From: Chiloscyllium plagiosum
Lineage: Eukaryota
Length of the DNA: 38,058 nucleotides
Direction of reading: 5' to 3'
Assembly: GCF_004010195.1 (NCBI RefSeq)
Contig: NC_057755.1
Coordinates: 62,001-100,058 of the forward strand
Positions 1 through 12,027 of this stretch are shown piece after piece. The translations under genes were made by a program, and so were the position numbers. How positions within the stretch are numbered: position 1 is the first letter of the stretch; the number at the start of each line of letters is the position of its first letter. The notes beneath the pieces are model-generated. The model was not told the DNA's origin. It was given only the letters and a program-made list of their open reading frames with translations, and ran no database searches.

Positions 1-246
1 TTGTCTATCTTCCTTCCCACCTATTCATCCCATCCTCCCTTCCAACCTATCATCTTTACCCCCAACTCCATCCACCTATCTCACTCTCAGCTACCTTCCC
101 CAGTGCCACCCCTTTCCCATTTATGCCTCCATCCCCAAGGCACCCAACCTCATTTCTGATGAAAGACCTCTGCCTGAAACGCCGCTTTTCCTGCTCCTCG
201 GATGCTGCCTGATCTGCTGTGCTTTTTCAGCATCACAATCTCGACT
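1..246 (+). mobile_element. Penelope-like element 3' end (pLTR) fragment with a degenerate hammerhead motif
   Basis: A pyrimidine-rich stretch is followed by CTGATGA(156-162)...GAAAC(176-180) and the tail 'tcctgctcctcggatgctgcctgatctgctgtgctttttcagcatc'. The same tail occurs at 35625-35700, directly after a GIY-YIG-type C-terminus. Confidence 0.75.
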
Positions 247-249
247 GTA

Positions 250-2887
250 TTCCTCGGAATATATCCTGGGAAGGTATTCGGGCTGAACTGAGAAATAAGG
301 AAGCAATGATCACCTTATTGGAATTTTATGGCAGACCCCCCACCTACCCATTGTTGTCAACGGGAATTTAAGATAAACATTTTCTAAGGAGATCTCAGTT
401 GTCTGTAAGAATAATAGGGTGTAATGGGAGGGAATTTTTACTTTCCAAACACAGAGTCAGACTTCCATAGTGTTAAGAGTTTAGATAGAGTGGAATTTGT
501 TAAGTGTGTAGAAAAGAAAATTCTGATTCAGTATGTGTATGTACGTACGAGAAAAGGTGCAAAACGTGACCGACTTTAAGGAAATAAGGCAGGGCAAACG
601 ATTGCGGCGTGAGTGGCAGAGATCATTGGGGTGAGCGAGAATAATACTCTTAGTTTTAATATTCTGATGTAAAAGGGCAGACCAGGGCTAAAAGTTGATG
701 TTCTAAATTTCAGGAAAGCCAATTTTGATTGTACCGGGCAAGAAGTTTCATAAGTTGACTGGGGACAGATGTTCTCAGGTCAAGAGACAGGTGGCCAATG
801 GGACCCTTGAAAAATGAGGCAACGAGAGTGCAGCGACTGTATGTTCCTGTTCCGATGAATAGCAAGTCGGGTAGCTTTAGGGAATGCTGGATGATGAGAG
901 AAATTGGGGTTTTGGTAAGAAATAGATGGACGCATATGTCACATATAGACAGCAACTATCGAGTGAATACTTAGAAGAGTATAAAGGCAGTAGGAATATA
1001 CTTAAGAGGGAAATCAGGAGGTCAAAAAGGGGGCATGAGACAGCTGTGGCAAATAGGGTTCAGGAGAAACCAATGGCGTTTCATAAATACATTAAGGACA
1101 AAAGGGAAACTCAGGAGAAAATAGGATCCCTTAAAGATCAGGAAGGCAGCCTGTGTGTAGATCTGCAGGAGATGGGGGAAATACTAATTGAGTATTTTTG
1201 CATCATTATGTACTGTGGAGAAAGACATAGAAGATACAGAATGTGGGGAAATAGATGGTGACATCTTGAAAAATGCCCATATTACGGAGGAGACGGTGCT
1301 TCATGTCTTAAAATGTATGAAGGTGGATAAATCTCCACGACCTGATCAGATGTACCCTCGAACTCTTTGGAAGCTAGGGAAGTGATTGCTGGGCCATTGC
1401 CGAGATATTTGTATCATCGCTGGTCGTAGCTGAGATGCTGGAAGTCTGGAGGTTGGCTCAGGCCGTGTCACTATATAAGAAATTTGGTAAGGAAACGCAG
1501 AGGAAGTATGGACAGGTGAGCCTGGCGTCGGTGATGGGCAAGTTGTTGGAGGGAATTCTCAGGGACAGGATTTACATGTACTTTGGTTGGCAAGGACTGA
1601 ATAAGCACAGTCAACAGCGACTTGTGTTGGGTACTCATGTCTCACAAACTTGATTGTGTTTTTTGAAGAAGTTACGAAGCGGATTGATGAAGGCAGAACT
1701 TTGGACGTGATCTATGTGGACTTCAGGAAGGCGTTCAACCAGATTCCTCAAGGTAGAGTAGTTAGCAAGATTAGATCACATTCAACTAAGGGAGAGCCAG
1801 CCTTTGGGACAGACGTGGCTCGAGGTAGAAAACAGAGTTTGGTAATGGAAGATCGCTTTTCACACTGGAGGCCTGTGACCAGTGATGTGCCACAAGGATC
1901 AGTGCTGGATCCACAGCTTTTCCGCGTTCATACAGATGACTTGAATGTGAACCCGGGAGATACAGTTAGGAGGTTTGCAGAAAACACCAAAATTAGAGTT
2001 GGAGTGGGCAGCGAAGAAGATTCCATCCGTGTACAACGGGATCTTAATCAGATGGGCCAATTGGCAAATGAGTGACCGATGAAGTTTAATTTAGACGAAT
2101 GTGAGGTGCTGCATTTTAGAATGGCAAATCAGAGCACGGTATATACAGTTAATGGTAAGGTCCTGAGGAGTGTTGCTAAACAAAGAGATTTTGGAGTGCA
2201 GCTTCGCAGTTCCTTGAAAATGGTGTGTCAGGTAGACAGGATGGTGAAGAAGACGTTTGGTATACATTCCTTTATTGGTCAGAACATTGAGTCTTGAAAT
2301 TGAAAGATCATGTTGTGGCTGTACAGGACATTGGTTCGCCCACTTTGCTCATATTGTGTGCAATTCTGGTCTCGCTCGAGAAGGAAGGATGTCTTGAAAC
2401 TTGAAAGGGCTCAGAAATGATTTAACAGGACGTTGCCAGTGGTAGAGTATTTGAGCCATAGTGAGGAGCTGAAAAGGCTGGGGCTTTTCTCCGTGGAGTG
2501 CAAAAGGCTGAGGAGTGACCTTGTGAAGGTTCATCAAATCATAATGGGTATGGACAGGGTGAATAGACAAGTTCCTTTCCCTGGGTTTGGGGGAGCCCAA
2601 AACTAGAGCGGATAGTTTTAGGGTGAGTGGAGAAGAAATTTAGAGAGACCTGAGGGGCAACGTTTTCATGAATGGAGTGGCGTGTGTATGGGATGAACTG
2701 CCAGAGGAAATTTTGATGGCCGCTGCAATTGTAAACTTTAAAATATACCTGGATGGGTATATTAGCACAAAGGGTTCAGAGGGTTATGGGTGCAAATGGG
2801 ACTGGAGTAACTTCGGATATCGGGTCAGCCTGTACAATTTGAACTAAAGAGTCTGTTTCTATGTTGTATATCTAAATAACTTTAACT
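250..2887 (+). mobile_element. Degenerate, 5'-truncated CR1-clade LINE (ORF2 endonuclease end, RT and 3' UTR)
   Basis: ORF fragments carry CR1 RT motifs: KVDKSPRPDQMYPR, VSLASVMGKLLEGILRDRIY, DVIYVDFRKAF, VPQGSVLDP, RFAENTK (degenerate FADDTK), MKFNLDECEVLHF. There are many stops and frameshifts. Confidence 0.93.
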
Positions 2888-3269
2888 ATGCCGCTATATT
2901 CACCTACTCCTACCATGGAACATTTGCTAGTGCAGTGTAACAAATGTTCCATAGTATGTGAATATCAACAGTTTAAATCTCAATTCCATTTTGGAAATTA
3001 ATCCCTGCCTTTTGTTTGCAATGATAGGGTCTTGTGCGGGAAGAAACCTGCGATGATGTTTGAGTTCAGTGGCCCATGTTCAGATGAAAATATTCTGATG
3101 AATAGTGATTCAACTGACGCTCTTACTCTCTCCGCAGATGCTGCCATCGCTGTTGGCTTTTGCCAGTTATATCCGATCCTCTGTCGTGTTTTTGACATTC
3201 TAATATAATTCATTTATTTTAAGGAAATGATTCGCTTTCCCACCTGCTTGCCAGCAGGAATTCTTACAA

Positions 3270-3560
3270 TCAGAGAACCCGAAGACGCCCTGCGTTCCAT
3301 CCATTTAGTGCTGTCAAATCGATACAAAATCTACACGCATCCCAGCTTCGAGCACTCGTCTCGTAGTCTCGAATGTTATGACGCTTCAAGTGTTCATCCA
3401 GATAGTTTTAAAGTTTGTAATGTTTCCTGCTTCCACGACCCTCCCAGGCAATGATTTACCAGACCCCCACCACTCTCTGGGTGAAAACCTCTTCCTCAGA
3501 TCCTCTCGAAACCTCTTCCCTTTCATCGTAAAAATTACACCACCGTGTCAACTGTTGATC
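3270..3560 (-). mobile_element. Old CR1 3'-end fragment in the GPCR intron
   Basis: The reverse strand resembles the CR1 3' regions elsewhere in the window. A paralogous copy lies at ~22420-22745 in the inverted duplicate. Confidence 0.6.
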
Positions 3561-3760
3561 GCCTGCCCACACTTAGTGAAACGCAGGAGTGAGCAGTTTT
3601 GAAATGGGTCAGACCACTGGACCTGTCCTGTTCAACCTCGAAATCGGAAACCTCCCAAATGGCTCAGTTGGGTGCTAAGATCTTCCATTGCTCTCTGGGC
3701 CGACGGAAGAACGTTTGAACATTAATTTATGATTTGTATTTTATCTCCTGTCTCTTTCAG

Positions 3761-4635
3761 TTAATTTTCTGGTGATTCTCGTCTTCGCACATGGGAATTG
3801 CGGTCTCTCTAAATGCACAACGCGCTGCCTGTTGGCTATGGCATTATCGGATATAATGTTCATTCTCACAAAGATCATACTGTGGGAACTTAATCATTTT
3901 TACTTCCCAAAGTGTTTTCTGGACCTCACCCCTGTGTGCAGTGCTGTCTTTGCCCTGTTTTGTGCAGCCACAGACTGTTCGGTCTGGTTCACTGTCCTTT
4001 TCTCCTTTGATCGTTTTGTGGCCATTTGCTGCCTGAAACTGAAGAGGAAATATTGGACAGAGAAAGCCTTGGCTGTGGTTCTGGCTACAACTGGCATTCT
4101 GGTCTGTTCAAAAAACATACCCTTCTACTTTCGGTTTAAACCGCAGATCATAAGTGACAATGTTTTGTGGTACTGTCAAACAAAGTCAAGTTATGATACT
4201 GATCCCAGGTGGTTGGGGTTTAAGTGGCTTGATATCATTTTAACACCTTTAATCCCATTCGTATTAATTCTGTTGATAAACACTCTGACGGTCAGGCACA
4301 TTTTAGTAGCCAGTCGAGTCTGCAAGAGCCTGAGGTGTCAAAGGAAGGGAGAGATTCACAAAGACGAAGAGATGGAGAGCCGGCAGAAGTCAGTGATTAC
4401 CCTCTTCACCATATCCATCAGCTTCATACTTCTGTGGGTACTGAACTTTGCAACGGTCTTATACATTAACATTAAAGGGACATATGAGTGGTGGGACAGG
4501 ACTCTCGTCCTTTTTAACGGCATCGCAGAAATGCTGAAGGAGTTCAGCTGCAGCACGAACACATTATTTTATGCAGTGACTCTGCCCAAGTTCAGAACGA
4601 AGCTCAGGAATGCACTTCACCAACTGTTCACGTAA
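3761..4635 (+). CDS. Main coding exon of an orphan rhodopsin-class GPCR, GPR139/GPR142-like; short first exon not located
   Basis: A pyrimidine tract and AG acceptor end at 3760 (ttttatctcctgtctctttcag|TTAAT). The frame is open: (V)NFLVILVFAHGNCGLSKCTTRCLLAMALSD...CSVWFTVLFSFDRFVAICC (DRY-like DRF)...PLIPFVLILLINTLTVRHIL...FTISISFILLW...SCSTNTLFYAVT (NPxxY-like). Hydrophobic TM segments are evident. No ATG start lies at the exon start, so an upstream exon is needed. Confidence 0.88.
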
Positions 4636-5449
4636 ATTCTTCATTTAATGACTCAGCAAAATAACTGAGAGAGCTCCAGAGTCATCCACATTGTTCCCAG
4701 TGCAGGAATTGCTCGTGTACGGTCAGGATTCTATCAGCACCATCACATGGATCCGAGTATAACACCCAGTGGTGAATGGGGTGGTCGGATAACAGGATGA
4801 GTCATCATTCACCACGCTGAGGAACACGCTGCTGTCCCTGTTTGACTTAAGGATTGACACGCACAGGGACACACAGACAATGAGCAGCAGGAGGCCGTTC
4901 AGCCCTTCGTGTCTGATCCTCCTGACTGCCCAGATCATCCAATTGTACCATCAAATCCGCATTTCCCTGTGCACCCGAGCTGCGCCCCCGTCCCACATCA
5001 TCACCCAAAACATGAATAAGAACCTATCTACATCCCCCTTCAACAATACTGAAGGACATGACAAAGGGATAACAGGTAAGGGAGCAAGAGGTGACTGTCA
5101 GGGGCATGGTAGGATTCAAAGAGGTTGCAGGAGTGATTCCAAATGATGGACTGGCTGTGACTGATGGGTTCAGCTGGAACATTGGGTCTTCACTGACTGC
5201 CCTATGGATGAGTGTTAAAGACTGACAGGAGCGGCCTCTTCATTTTCCCTGCAGAGGAGGAGGAAAAGGGACAGAAATAATCCCTCCTCCACCAAAATGA
5301 TTGTCGGACTCTCTTGTATAGCTCACAATAAACACTTCTTTACAACAATTTGAAGGCTCCCCTCGTCTGAATGGATTATTGTTACATGCACATTTGCTTT
5401 TGAGAGAGTTTATTGAGTCTCCCTTCTGCCTACTCCATGCACAAGGATA

Positions 5450-5730
5450 TCGTTTTCTGTCTCTCTCTCTCTGCTTCTTTCTATCTGTCTTTGTCTTTTC
5501 CTCTCTCGCTTTGTCTCAGCTTCTTGCTCAGTCTATCTCTCACGCTCTCAGTCTCACTCTGTGTGTTTCCCTGCTGTATCGTTCCATCTCTCTCTCTCTC
5601 TACCGACGCTCTGTCTGTCTGTCCCTCTGTCTTCCTTTATATTTACCCTTCTTGTCTCTGTGTTCAGCTCATTCTCTGGCTCTTTCTGGCTCTCTCTCGT
5701 GCTGTCTGTATCTTTATCTCACATTGTCTC
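5450..5730. repeat. CT-rich low-complexity tract (degenerate microsatellite)
   Basis: Runs of (CT)n/(TCTG)n; paralogous tracts at 20290-20560 and 34840-35160. Confidence 0.85.
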
Positions 5731-5899
5731 AGTTTAGTACGTGCTCATTTGCATTGACTAAAATCACGTCCTGATACCTTCATTCACTGATCCTTCCCCA
5801 GGAATTGATTTTGATAAATACAAAGTACGCAGATACAGCCAGCAACAACTTGACACATTAAGTATGTCTGCTGAACTTTGATTATCCCCCTTTTCTCTC

Positions 5900-7300
5900 A
5901 CAATGGCTGGGCAGGGGATGTGTTCATGTGTTTATCTTTCATTATGTGAGGGGCTCTGTGTGTCTCACTGTGGGGTGCGAGCTTCATTAACTTTGTAGGC
6001 ATGTCACTCTGGGCGTGTGTGTCCCTCAGTTTTTGCCATTGGACTGTGACACATTTTGAGCCCATTTTATCATCGATGTGTGGGTTTCTAATTCTGCGTA
6101 CTGGAAAGTTTTTCAGTGATTTCCTATTCATGTTTCTATGTGTTAGGGAATGTTATTCCCTCTGTATGAGAGGATTTCTGTGAAGTTGGATATTTTTATG
6201 TTAGTGTATGTTACTGTGCCTATGTGGTTTTTTTTGTGCGTGTGTTATGGTCAGCATGTCATGATGGTTCGGTGACTCCATGTGTTTGTGTGTCTCTGAG
6301 TGCCAGTGTATAAATGTGTGAGTGTGGGCGTGTGTCTTTCCTTGGCTGTGGTCTTGTTTAAGCAGGTGAGTGTGTTGTTCAGACTGTGTTTGGCTGTCTG
6401 TCCGTGTGTCAAGATCTTTCTGTGTCCCCAGCAGGATCTCTCTCTGCGTCTCTGTGGGTGTGTCTCTGTTTGGTACTGAGTGTCACCCTCTGTCGATACT
6501 TAATTGTGGTTTGGTTCAGGAGCGGTGCTTAAATATGCTTGTGTATATGTATAAGATGTCTCTGTCAATTCTTGCTCTGTAATGTATCTTACTCTGAGTT
6601 CGTTTATGTATGTGTATGAGGGTGTCCATGCGATTCTGTGTCTGTGTGGAGATGTGTTCCTATATCTCAGTATGAATGTATTTCTGTGTGCGCAAATATG
6701 TGTGCATTTGGTATGCACATGTTTGGGTTCCTTTCTTTGTCAGAATGTCTGTATTTATGTGTGTGTGTGTGCGCACGCACGCGCGCGCGTGTTTGTGCGG
6801 GCACACACTTGTGTAGCTTGGTTTCTCGCTCTCAGTATGACTGTATTTCTTTGTGTGTGGATGTGTGCATTCTGTCCATACATGAGTGCGTTCCTATATG
6901 TCATAGTACGTCTATTTCCATGTGTTTGAGTTCTTGTGTATATGTGTGTTTGTGCGTGTGCACGCACGCTTGTGTGAGTAGGGATGCCCCTTCTGCACGC
7001 TGATTGTATTCCTGTGTGTGTGGTGTGAGGATGTGGGAATGTTTCTGTAGTCCTTGTGTAGGTGTGTTCCCACATTTCAGTTTGATTGTGTTATTGTGTG
7101 TGTGTGTGTGTGTGCATGTATGTTTGTGAGTTAATGCGTATGCATATCTGTGTGTTTTTGTTTGTCAGTGTGTTCCTATATCTTACTTTGACTGTATTTC
7201 TATGTGTGGGTGTGCTTCTGCTTTTATGTGTATGTGTGTATGTGTGAGGCTGTGGGTTTGTTTCTCCGTCCCTCAAGGTGTGGTTATGTGTCTGTCTGAT
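5900..7300. repeat. GT-rich low-complexity region with (TG)n microsatellites
   Basis: Dense TG dinucleotides, with pure runs near 6760-6790 and 7095-7114. Confidence 0.85.
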
Positions 7301-7778
7301 CATGAGACTCCTCCTGCAAAATGACAACTGAAACCTTCAGCAAGTCACAGTGCACAGTTTGCTCTCAATTGCGTATTTCGGCAATCTGGGAAAAATCTAA
7401 ATATCAGAACCTGTACCTCCAGGTGATAGCTGAACTGTTATTTCAGTTCAAGGACCTACGGCCAATGAATGAAGCAAGACAGGGGAATTTTAAATGAATG
7501 GCAGGATTCCAGTTCTTTCATCCAAGTTTCAACAAGAAATGCAATATATACATTTTTTTTCACATTGGAGCTGTTTGTGTCCATATATAAATGTTGTTAT
7601 GTATTGAATTATAAGGCCGTGCAATGTAGGATCGGAATTAGGCCATTCAGCCCATCGAGTCATCTCTGCCATTTGTTCGTGAGGGAACCATTTATCAATT
7701 CTATTCTAGCGCCTTCCCCCCATAACATTTGATTCCCTCACCAATCAGGAACCTATGTATCTCTATTTTTAATACATT

Positions 7779-8500
7779 CACTATGGACCAGGCCAGACTC
7801 TCTCAAAATATTTCAAGATAGTAGCCCAGACCCTAATTTTTCCATTGGTTTTGATCAGGTGTAAAATGCATATTCCAGGAGTGATGCAGCAGGTCAACCT
7901 TCATCGGCTTTAAATAAAACGGAGTTTATTTACAGAGTATCAAATGCAACACAAATAAAAGAGAACAGAATACAGAATAACTTAACGTGTTCTAAAACCC
8001 AACACACGATCCCAACTTAAATATTGCTTCAAATTCCTGCAACAATCCCAATAAAAACCCCATGGCAAAATCGGCAAAATCCAACGCACGTTATTACAAG
8101 AGAGATGTCAGAGAGACATTCAACATGGAACAATATCTTCCATGTTCTGGATTAGTGGTGCTGGAAGAGCACAGCAGTTCAGGCAGCATCCGAGGAGCAG
8201 TAAAATCATCTTCCATGTCGCTATTCCTTTCACCAGCAGTCTGAAAAACTGACTGATTGGTAACACCTAATCAAACTAAACAGGACCAGAGATAAGCTGA
8301 GCAAGAAGAATCCCCACCTTCCTTTCATTGTAAATGCTTTTACATTTGAAAGTCCTTTTCCTGAGGCAGTGTCCGTTAGCTATCATGAAATTGCTCCGAC
8401 AACCCATCCAAAGTAGACACCCCGGAACGGCTGAATGATAAACACTCCATGAAGTACACCCAGGACAACACAACCTTGGTAAAGGAGCAGCATCATTACA
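7779..8500. mobile_element. Probable solo LTR inserted into CR1
   Basis: A ~720-bp non-coding block splits a continuous CR1 3' region and ends in ...cattaca (CA terminus). Its left end is degenerate. Confidence 0.5.
8146..8207 (-). mobile_element. 62-bp Penelope-like 3' tail insertion with an 11-bp TSD
   Basis: Reverse complement of the pLTR tail, flanked by ATCTTCCATGT at 8135-8145 and 8208-8218. Confidence 0.8.
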
Positions 8501-8679
8501 CACCTCAGGTACTGGCCTCCAAAGCCGTCTGTGATAATAATTTCCACAGTTTAACCACCCATTGGTTGAAGAAATTAATTTCCATCTCAGTTCCAAAGGT
8601 GGTCCCTTCCCTCTGAGGCTGTGCCCTCATGTCCTAGTCTCCTACATTTGGAAACAGCTCACAAGCACAAGCTGAAATA

Positions 8680-9160
8680 GGAGGACTCTTTGCAAAAGGA
8701 AGTACAATGCTGTTCTGAGGCTTTGATTGACAGACTGAGGGATGCCAAAAGGGAGTACTAGACCAAATGAGAGGCCCATACCTACCAAATAGACTCCCAT
8801 CGCCTATGGCAATGGAGAAACAACAATTCGGGATACAAAATGAAGCAGAGCAAGACACCAGACAAAAACGCATTGCTCCCTGGGCGTCCAATGCTTTCTC
8901 TGGTTGGTTTCAGAAGAACGCCAGTGGCTCAGTGACGCCTGCTCCCTTGTTCACCACTGTACATGTCAGCACGGTCTTGCTGAAAGTCAAACCAAGGAAA
9001 GTTACTGGCCTGGATGGAGATTCTGGCCGTGCATTTAAATCTTGCACGGACCAACTGGTGGAGATATTCATCAACATCTTCAACCTCTCCCTGCAACAAG
9101 CTGAAGTCCCCATCTTCTTCAAGAAGACCACCACCATCCCTGTACCAAAGAAAGCACATG
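8680..9160 (+). mobile_element. Rex1/Babar-clade LINE RT fragment
   Basis: The ORF reads VKPRKVTGLDGDSGRAFKSCTDQLVEIFINIFNLSLQQAEVPIFFKKTTTIPVPKK, resembling the Rex1-type RT N-terminal region. Confidence 0.8.
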
Positions 9161-9259
9161 CAATTTCCGAACTTATCTTCCAAGCTACTTTTGTGTCAAC
9201 TGCAAATTTGCCAATAGTGCATTCACTTCCTTCCTGCAAGTCCTTTATGTTCACACCAT

Positions 9260-9510
9260 TTCATGTTTTATGTGTATAATATATATTATGTATTGTTAAA
9301 TGTTGGAGCTGTTTGTGTCTGCACAAATATTGTTGTAGATTAGAACTGACTGTGTTAAGATGCAATATTATTGTGCATTGTATCTGAAATCTTGTTTACA
9401 TTGTAGAAATTTGAGTTTATATCTAAATATTGCTGTATATTAGAACTGTTCATGATTGTATGTAAATGCTGTTTGATATTGTAGCTGTCACTATTTTTGC
9501 ATCATTACTG
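9260..9510. repeat. Degenerate AT-rich minisatellite
   Basis: Recurring ttggagctgttt / ttagaactg / ttgtagctg units; one further unit at 7563-7612. Confidence 0.6.
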
Positions 9511-9761
9511 TATCAGTTCATGTTAAAATTCTACCTTCCTTCTTCCCATCAGTAAATCAATGTCTGACCTGTAGGGGTGCTGCTGAACTCACCCAGCACT
9601 TTGGGGTGGATCTGCGGTCCCAGCGCCGGCCAGAGTGTGGTAGCACGGACCATCACCGGTTGTGGGGATCGATTAGGCAGAGACACCTGATCTGTGGTGA
9701 ATGTCGAGTGGAAACACATACTCTGGATGGGGGTGCTGGGGGCGTGGTTGGGTGTTGGGAT

Positions 9762-9985
9762 TGTAATGAGGGCAGCCAGGTGAATCTCATTGAGTATGAG
9801 TTCCCTGACTGGGGATGCTAACTTGATACAAACAGGGAGTCCTAGCTGACAGATAGAAACAGGAGTGTCAGGGACTCTGCTCACTTTAGGAACCAGCTTT
9901 GTGCTAGCTGAGTCAGTGTCATGTACCATGCAAGTGTAAACACTAGGTGATTTGACGATGGGTTACCAAGTTTGTGGAATTTGAG
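9762..9985 (+). mobile_element. Short LTR-like interspersed repeat, copy 1
   Basis: Begins TGTAATGA and is similar to 14880-15105 (cagccag..ga..tcat...tatga..tccctga.tgggg.tg.taa). Confidence 0.55.
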
Positions 9986-9999
9986 AGGATATAATCCAG

Positions 10000-10690
10000 A
10001 GTAGTAGGGAGAGTGTTGAATACTGGGGAGCAACTTGATTGGGCAGATAATTGGAAATGGAGCAGGATTAACACAAAATAATCGAAACAGATCTATATAG
10101 AGAGTAATGAAGAGATGGTTGAGTACAGTATAGCAGGGACAGGGTTAAATACAGGGGCGAGGACAGGGTTAAGTACAGAGTGAGGTGAATTAAATGAAGA
10201 ACAACAGTTAGAGAGCTACTTTGTGAATAATGGGGCGAACTCGACTACAAAGTGAACGTTAATGATTGTCATATGTGATGGACAATAGAGCGGTTGCAAT
10301 GCAGAAAAATTGTGAAATGATTAAATGGAAAGTATTAGATACAGGATTAAACATTCAGTAACGGTGAGGGTTGAATACAAACGAAGAGATATGGTTCAGC
10401 ACAGGGAAATAGCGAAGATCATATATTGATAACGATATAGTTGAATAAAGAATAACAATGGAGGCTAAATACAGACTGAGAGTGAGCGTTGTAAATAAAA
10501 GAAGTGAATAGAGGGGATGGAATACAGATGATGGCTTAAACACACATAGAGAGAAAAAGACAGAGAGAGACAGAGAAAGTGAACGACAGATTAATCTGGA
10601 GAAAATTAAACACTGGGGAAGGCAATGGAGTGCACAAAGGAAAATAGAGATTATTAAATACTGGGGAATGGAGAATGGATGAAATGCAGA
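10000..10690. repeat. Purine-rich degenerate tandem repeat
   Basis: Many variants of the unit 'gggttaaatacagggg/ag', for example at 10137-10180. Confidence 0.6.
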
Positions 10691-11134
10691 GTAATAGAAA
10701 TGATTTCCAACTTTTGTCATTTTGGGGGAATGAACATTGGCTTCCAATGTGAAACTAACAAATGGTCTTATACTTTCAAATTCTCAAAAGTCAACATTGA
10801 GCCTTGCTCTCACTTTGCCCATTGACACAGTTACTTGACTCCCTGTTGTATTGCCTCCCAGCGTCACTTCTCTCCATCTCACTAACATTTCCTCATTCCT
10901 TATCCAATTGTCATCAAACCTCATACAAATCCCCACTCCTCACGCCTTCCCTTTCACGCATGCCTTGGCTTGTTCAAGTAGAACAGTGTGGACTGACGTA
11001 ATGTCCAACTGCTGATGTTGTCCTCACATGAGAGGGGATGAATGGACTTCTGCTGTTCTCCTTTTCAATCTCAAAATGAGTAAAGTCGCCTCCTCAAATT
11101 CCCAATTCCTCTGTTAACGTTTCAAGAAGGGTTT

Positions 11135-11452
11135 TTATTTTTATTCATTCAGGGGATGCGTGTGTCGCTGGCTTGCACCAGCATTTATTGAAAATCCCTA
11201 ATTTCCTCGAGGCCAGGTAAGTGTCAACCACATTGTTGTTGGTTGGGAGTTATATGTCGTACTGATGAGGGCAGGGTGGCAATTTTCCTCCCGAAAGGGT
11301 ATGAGTAAATTGACAACCGATCATCGTTAGACTCTTCAGTTTCAGAGTTTTATTGAATGCAAATTCTACCATCTTCTGCGTCCGGGTCCCCAGAACATTA
11401 CCGGGCTTCTGATTTACAGTCCAGTGATAATTCCACTTAGCCATTGTTTCCA
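11135..11452 (-). mobile_element. tRNA-derived SINE, copy 1
   Basis: On - there is a tRNA-like head (ggaaacaatggctaagtgg...ggggacccgg) and a 3' end 'catcccctgaatgaataaaa'. Confidence 0.65.
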
Positions 11453-11707
11453 CCTGCTGAATGGCCTCCTCCAGTATAACAGGCTGGAGAAGGGGCTGAA
11501 CAAAACCAAAAGAACTGCGGATGCTGTTAATTAGAAACAAAAACAGAAATTGCTGTTCATTCAATCAATTCATTAATCACATCAATTTTCTACCTCTTCC
11601 CAGTCTGACGTTCTGACAACCTAGGCCATTGCTTGAGCCAAACTTCCATCGATTGACTTCACCCGGTAATGATCATCCACATTTTCTTCAACGTTTCAAG
11701 AAGGGTT

Positions 11708-12027
11708 TTTATTTGTATTCATTCAGGGGATGCGTGTGTCGCTGGCTTGCACCAGCATTTATTGAAAATCCCTAATTTCCTCGAGGGCAGGTAAGTGTCA
11801 ACCACATTGTTGTTGGTTGGGAGTCATATGTCGTACTGATGAGGGAAGGGTGGCACTTTTCCTCCCGAAAGGGTATGAGTGAATTGACAACCGATCATCG
11901 TTAGACTCTTCAATTTCAGACTTTTATTGAATGCAAATTCTACCATCTGCTGCGTCCGGGTCCCCAGAACATTACCGGGCTTCTGGATTTACAGTCCAGT
12001 GATAATTCGACTTAGCCATTGCTTCCA
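11708..12027 (-). mobile_element. tRNA-derived SINE, copy 2 (made by the tandem duplication)
   Basis: Duplicate of 11135-11452. Confidence 0.65.

Larger units (their letters stand above)
7620..9250 (-). mobile_element. Fragmented CR1 LINE interrupted by younger insertions
   Basis: CR1 3'-UTR-like sequence at 7620-7778 continues at 8504-8655. An RT piece at 9165-9250 reads IKDLQEGSECTIGKFAVDTKV on -. Confidence 0.7.

Noticed and set aside
5379..7327. Several 60-130 aa ORFs rich in Leu/Ser or Cys/Val
   Set aside because: They are translations of CT and GT low-complexity DNA.
9260..10690. CRISPR-like repeat array
   Set aside because: The units are degenerate with no constant repeat/unique spacer structure, the context is eukaryotic and there are no cas genes.
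11258..11302. CTGATGA...GAAA with a GGG.AGG/CCTCCC stem inside the SINE (also at ~11836), resembling a hammerhead
   Set aside because: I found no compatible stem I, stem III or NUH site. It lies antisense within a SINE body, so it is likely chance.
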